49,000 nucleotides of DNA from an uncultured virus (IMG/VR IMGVR_UViG_3300005239_001603) (taxonomy: Duplodnaviria; Heunggongvirae; Uroviricota; Caudoviricetes): the IMG/VR virus record IMGVR_UViG_3300005239_001603; one strand, written 5' to 3'. The first letter of the stretch is position 1, and each line of letters starts with the position of its first letter. Both the position numbers and the translations under genes were made by a program. A model generated the notes under the pieces. The model did not search any database. It saw nothing but the letters and a program-made list of their open reading frames with translations, and had not been told where the DNA came from. Positions 46,402 to 49,000 of this stretch are shown piece by piece.

Positions 46402-46821
46402 TTACTGCGCTCGCTGTAAGATAAAGTCTATAGTTTGTACAAGAGGTTGACCAACAATCCTATATTCAACATCAACTCTTAATTGGTGATAATCATCCTC
46501 TGCAGAAATTTCTACCGAAATGACTTCAATTCTTGGTTCATAATTCCTAAGGGTGTCAGTTATTTCATCCCTAAGAGTATCTACTGTAAATGGGTCCAAA
46601 GGTTCAAACAATAGTTGAAACACCTTTGAACCCACATCGGGTTGAAATAATTTTTCTCCAGGAGATGTCAAAACCAAATTTTTCATAGCTTGCTTGACAG
46701 CTTGCTGATCCTTTAAAACAGTAAGGTCTTTCGTAATAGGATTACGAAGAAAAGAATTCGCAAGATCCTTAAAATTACGAGAAACCTTAAGATTTTTAGA
46801 TGTTATTGGTTTTATTGCCAC
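46402..46821 (-). CDS. gp25: Baseplate wedge subunit gp25 (GPW/gp25 family)
   Basis: 139 aa with GTG start. Motifs FKDL..SF..NPITKDL, AVKQAMKNLVLTSPGEKLFQPDVGS....LLFEP and NYEPRI. Directly upstream of gp6. Confidence 0.94.
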   Translation of the reverse strand: MAIKPITSKNLKVSRNFKDLANSFLRNPITKDLTVLKDQQAVKQAMKNLVLTSPGEKLFQPDVGSKVFQLLFEPLDPFTVDTLRDEITDTLRNYEPRIEVISVEISAEDDYHQLRVDVEYRIVGQPLVQTIDFILQRAQ

Positions 46822-46823
46822 TG

Positions 46824-46982
46824 TTAGTCAGTTTCTTTTTTTACATTACTGGTATCATCATGAAGTTTTGTCTGAACTTTGCTTAGGTAAAGGTCAGCAC
46901 GAGGGTCGGTAATAAGAACAATCGTACCATGATCATTTTCCATTAACGACGGAACAGTATCAGGATTTGGAGAGTTTGCCAT
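46824..46982 (-). CDS. Small hypothetical protein (52 aa); not in the ORF track
   Basis: MANSPNPDTVPSLMENDHGTIVLITDPRADLYLSKVQTKLHDDTSNVKKETD*. An SD-like AGGA precedes the ATG, and the stop lies 2 nt before the gp25 GTG. Confidence 0.75.
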   Translation of the reverse strand: MANSPNPDTVPSLMENDHGTIVLITDPRADLYLSKVQTKLHDDTSNVKKETD

Positions 46983-47035
46983 ATTCCTATAGAATTATAT
47001 ATTAGAACTTTTAGCGAGGTTACTATCTCCTTTCT

Positions 47036-47043
47036 TATTTATC
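47036..47043 (-). promoter_or_regulatory. Late promoter variant GATAAATA
   Basis: Plus-strand tatttatc in the intergenic spacer upstream of the 52-aa ORF/gp25/gp6 unit. Confidence 0.65.
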
Positions 47044-47054
47044 GCAGTTAGGGA

Positions 47055-47196
47055 CTAACGTCCTTGTCCACGGTACACTTTACGCTTATTATTACGTGAA
47101 GTGGAAGCATACTTGGTATTCTTGCCACTTCCTTGACGAGTTTTCTTAGCTTTGATTCAATCAGTTGTTGCCCTGAGATGCTACTTTGATCTACAT
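47055..47196 (-). CDS. Small, very basic protein (~50 aa); 5' part garbled by deletions
   Basis: Clean C-terminal frame KAKKTRQGSGKNTKYASTSRNNKRKVYRGQGR* (stop 47055-47057), with a probable ATG at 47196. Confidence 0.65.
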
Positions 47197-47199
47197 GAT

Positions 47200-47674
47200 A
47201 GGTCTACGAGTACATTTGGACTCCTGACGATACAGAGAGGCATGCGGTCTATGATCCGCTACTTTGCCATGCCAGACATAGCATAAACAGTCTTGTCAGT
47301 GCAGTCACCTTCTTGGATGTCCAATACTTTGGAATCTCAGCCGCCAACAAACTACAAACACACGGCATTGGAATTGGTGGAGTTTGCCCACACGGTCCAA
47401 CCATAACAATGTTAGTAGTAGGAGATTTGTGTGGAGTTAGAATGTCTTGATCGCATATTGGAAAGATACCATTAACGATCACAGTTCGGATGTAAGGTCC
47501 TGCAGGAGCAAGAACTGTTGGCGGCCAAAGACAAGTGGCATCTTTGACTTGTACTGGTTGCACCGATGCTGTGATACAAGTAGTACCACAAGGTTCATAA
47601 CTGTGAATGTGTGCTGGAATGGGTATACCATGCCCAGAACAGTTTCCTCTGTATAAAGCGGCGGGAAGTCCCAT
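47200..47674 (-). CDS. PAAR-like / gp5.4-like baseplate spike-tip protein; C-terminus broken by deletions
   Basis: MGLPAALYRGNCSGHG...WPPT.....TVIVNG....DILTPH. Frame-shifted fragments GHPR, TVYA, KVAD and SPNVLV continue to about 47200, matching the PAAR pattern (CSGH, TV.VNG, GS.NV). Confidence 0.65.
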
Positions 47675-47685
47675 CTAGTATACTC

Positions 47686-49000
47686 CTATTGACATTTAAA
47701 TGCAAATGGATTTCCATATGCATTTACAGCTAGTTCGTAAATATATGCACCATTTGTTAAGTCATTATAAACATCTACTTGCCCTTCGGCAGAAAATTGT
47801 CTACAACCTTCACCAAATGGACCCGTGATTACGGAAGCATATGTAACTGATGTTGTTGTTGAACTGTCACCTGAAGTTGTAGTTGTTGACCCTGCATCAG
47901 TACCAACAAATGGGTAATTAATTGCACACCCAGTATTGTCAGCACAACTTGTAGATGCGGTTGGTTCCCAATTTAAAGTAATGTAAATTGCAGATTTGTT
48001 TCTACTATCAGGTTTAAACTGTCTTAACATATATTTAGTATAGGTAGAGGCACAAGGTAAATCAAACGCAGTACCTCTAACAGTACGAACTTCTTCACGG
48101 TCATATGTTGCCAACTTGATTCCACTGGCAGATACTTCTGGTGCCTCTGAATTTAGGTCCAGAATTTCATTTTTACGAATCTCATCATTTACTACAAGTT
48201 GCTCCATAAACTTTCTAGCACCACCTGGAGCATCAATAAATGCATCTGGTAGTCTAGAATCCAGTGTTTTCCACTGAAGATCTTCCAAATCTTCTCTATC
48301 GGGCAAAGCTCGTTCCAATCTTTCTGTTCGGAGGACACCTTTTGTTCTTTTTAGGTCTTTTACCTCGTTAGTTGGGTTGTCAAAGCGCACTTCTTCATAT
48401 TGAGACTTATTCAGAGCGGATCTTATGTCCTTTGGACGCAAAGAAGTCTTGAAACGCAGACTTTCTAGTCCAACAGAATCACCTTTACTCTTCGGACGGT
48501 CATTTGCCGCACGTTGAAGGATCTTTTGGAACTTTTCATAGGTGTCAATAGCACCACCTTCGTAGTTATAGTCTATAGGTTTGCGATTAAACTCCGTAGC
48601 AGTGTCAATTTCTATAGTTTTTCCCTCATTTGACGAGTTTTGGAACTCTTTTAGACCATATACAGCATCTCCAAGCTCATTTGCAGGGTCAGCACCGCGT
48701 TCGCTAGATGGCCAAGCAACATTATCCCGCGTTTTCATGGTTTGTGGGATGGCAATATCAATTGCTACGCCCTGAGCATACCCAGCTCCGCGACTTTTTA
48801 CATTAACTGACTGTAAAACTCCACCAGTGAACTGATAATCAATCTCAGCAGCGGATGTTGCTGGTTCGCTTGAGGAAACTAGCACTAATAGAGGGGGTCT
48901 TTGCAGCAGTTGCCAGTTTTGTCCGCCATTTGCTACACGAATACTGAGTATTTGACCATTAACAATCTCAATTAGAGTGATTCTAAGTTTACCATTGTAA
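47686..49000 (-). CDS. Hypothetical (probably structural) protein, 5'-partial
   Basis: The frame of ORF 47686..48885 stays open to the window end (YNGKLRITLIEIVNGQILSIRVANGGQNW...). It contains V...G.GY beta motifs like the other structural genes and has a Cys-containing C-terminus. Confidence 0.7.
   Translation of the reverse strand, partial: YNGKLRITLIEIVNGQILSIRVANGGQNWQLLQRPPLLVLVSSSEPATSAAEIDYQFTGGVLQSVNVKSRGAGYAQGVAIDIAIPQTMKTRDNVAWPSSERGADPANELGDAVYGLKEFQNSSNEGKTIEIDTATEFNRKPIDYNYEGGAIDTYEKFQKILQRAANDRPKSKGDSVGLESLRFKTSLRPKDIRSALNKSQYEEVRFDNPTNEVKDLKRTKGVLRTERLERALPDREDLEDLQWKTLDSRLPDAFIDAPGGARKFMEQLVVNDEIRKNEILDLNSEAPEVSASGIKLATYDREEVRTVRGTAFDLPCASTYTKYMLRQFKPDSRNKSAIYITLNWEPTASTSCADNTGCAINYPFVGTDAGSTTTTSGDSSTTTSVTYASVITGPFGEGCRQFSAEGQVDVYNDLTNGAYIYELAVNAYGNPFAFKCQ

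Noticed and set aside
142..48775. Numerous plus-strand and nested alternative-frame ORFs of 60-260 aa in the ORF track
   Set aside because: They are antisense or frame shadows of long minus-strand genes, or are made mostly of X from gaps. They show no recognisable motifs, SD or promoter context.
1..49000. tRNA, rRNA, CRISPR arrays or auxiliary metabolic genes (psbA, hli, cpeT, pebS)
   Set aside because: None were recognised. The intergenic spaces are too short (under ~80 nt), and coding capacity is fully accounted for by structural-region genes.

Overview
This window is the late (virion morphogenesis) region of a T4-like marine cyanomyovirus (Kyanoviridae-type; host probably Synechococcus or Prochlorococcus, which is an inference). 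All real genes are on the minus strand. In transcription order (right to left): a partial structural gene, a PAAR/gp5.4-like spike-tip protein, two small ORFs, gp25, gp6, a giant ~6,800-aa virion/baseplate protein, a YHYH-domain/alpha-beta-hydrolase fusion, a gp9/gp10-N-type protein, a gp7-like wedge initiator, gp8, a VrlC-like protein, two small ORFs, a 1,950-aa fibre, gp13 and gp14. T4-type late promoters (nATAAATA) and one intrinsic terminator punctuate the cluster. The assembly is draft quality: five N gaps and many single-base homopolymer deletions split genes in the ORF track. The most striking observation is a tandem set of helical repeats inside the giant virion protein that align by eye with phycobiliprotein subunits. 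They keep both bilin-attachment cysteine positions (Cys84-like CxRD and beta-Cys155-like), which raises the hypothesis of a chromophorylated, light-responsive virion. Also notable are a putative virion-associated serine esterase and a type-1-copper (cupredoxin-like) motif inserted in a baseplate protein. All family assignments come from motif recognition and synteny; no searches were run.
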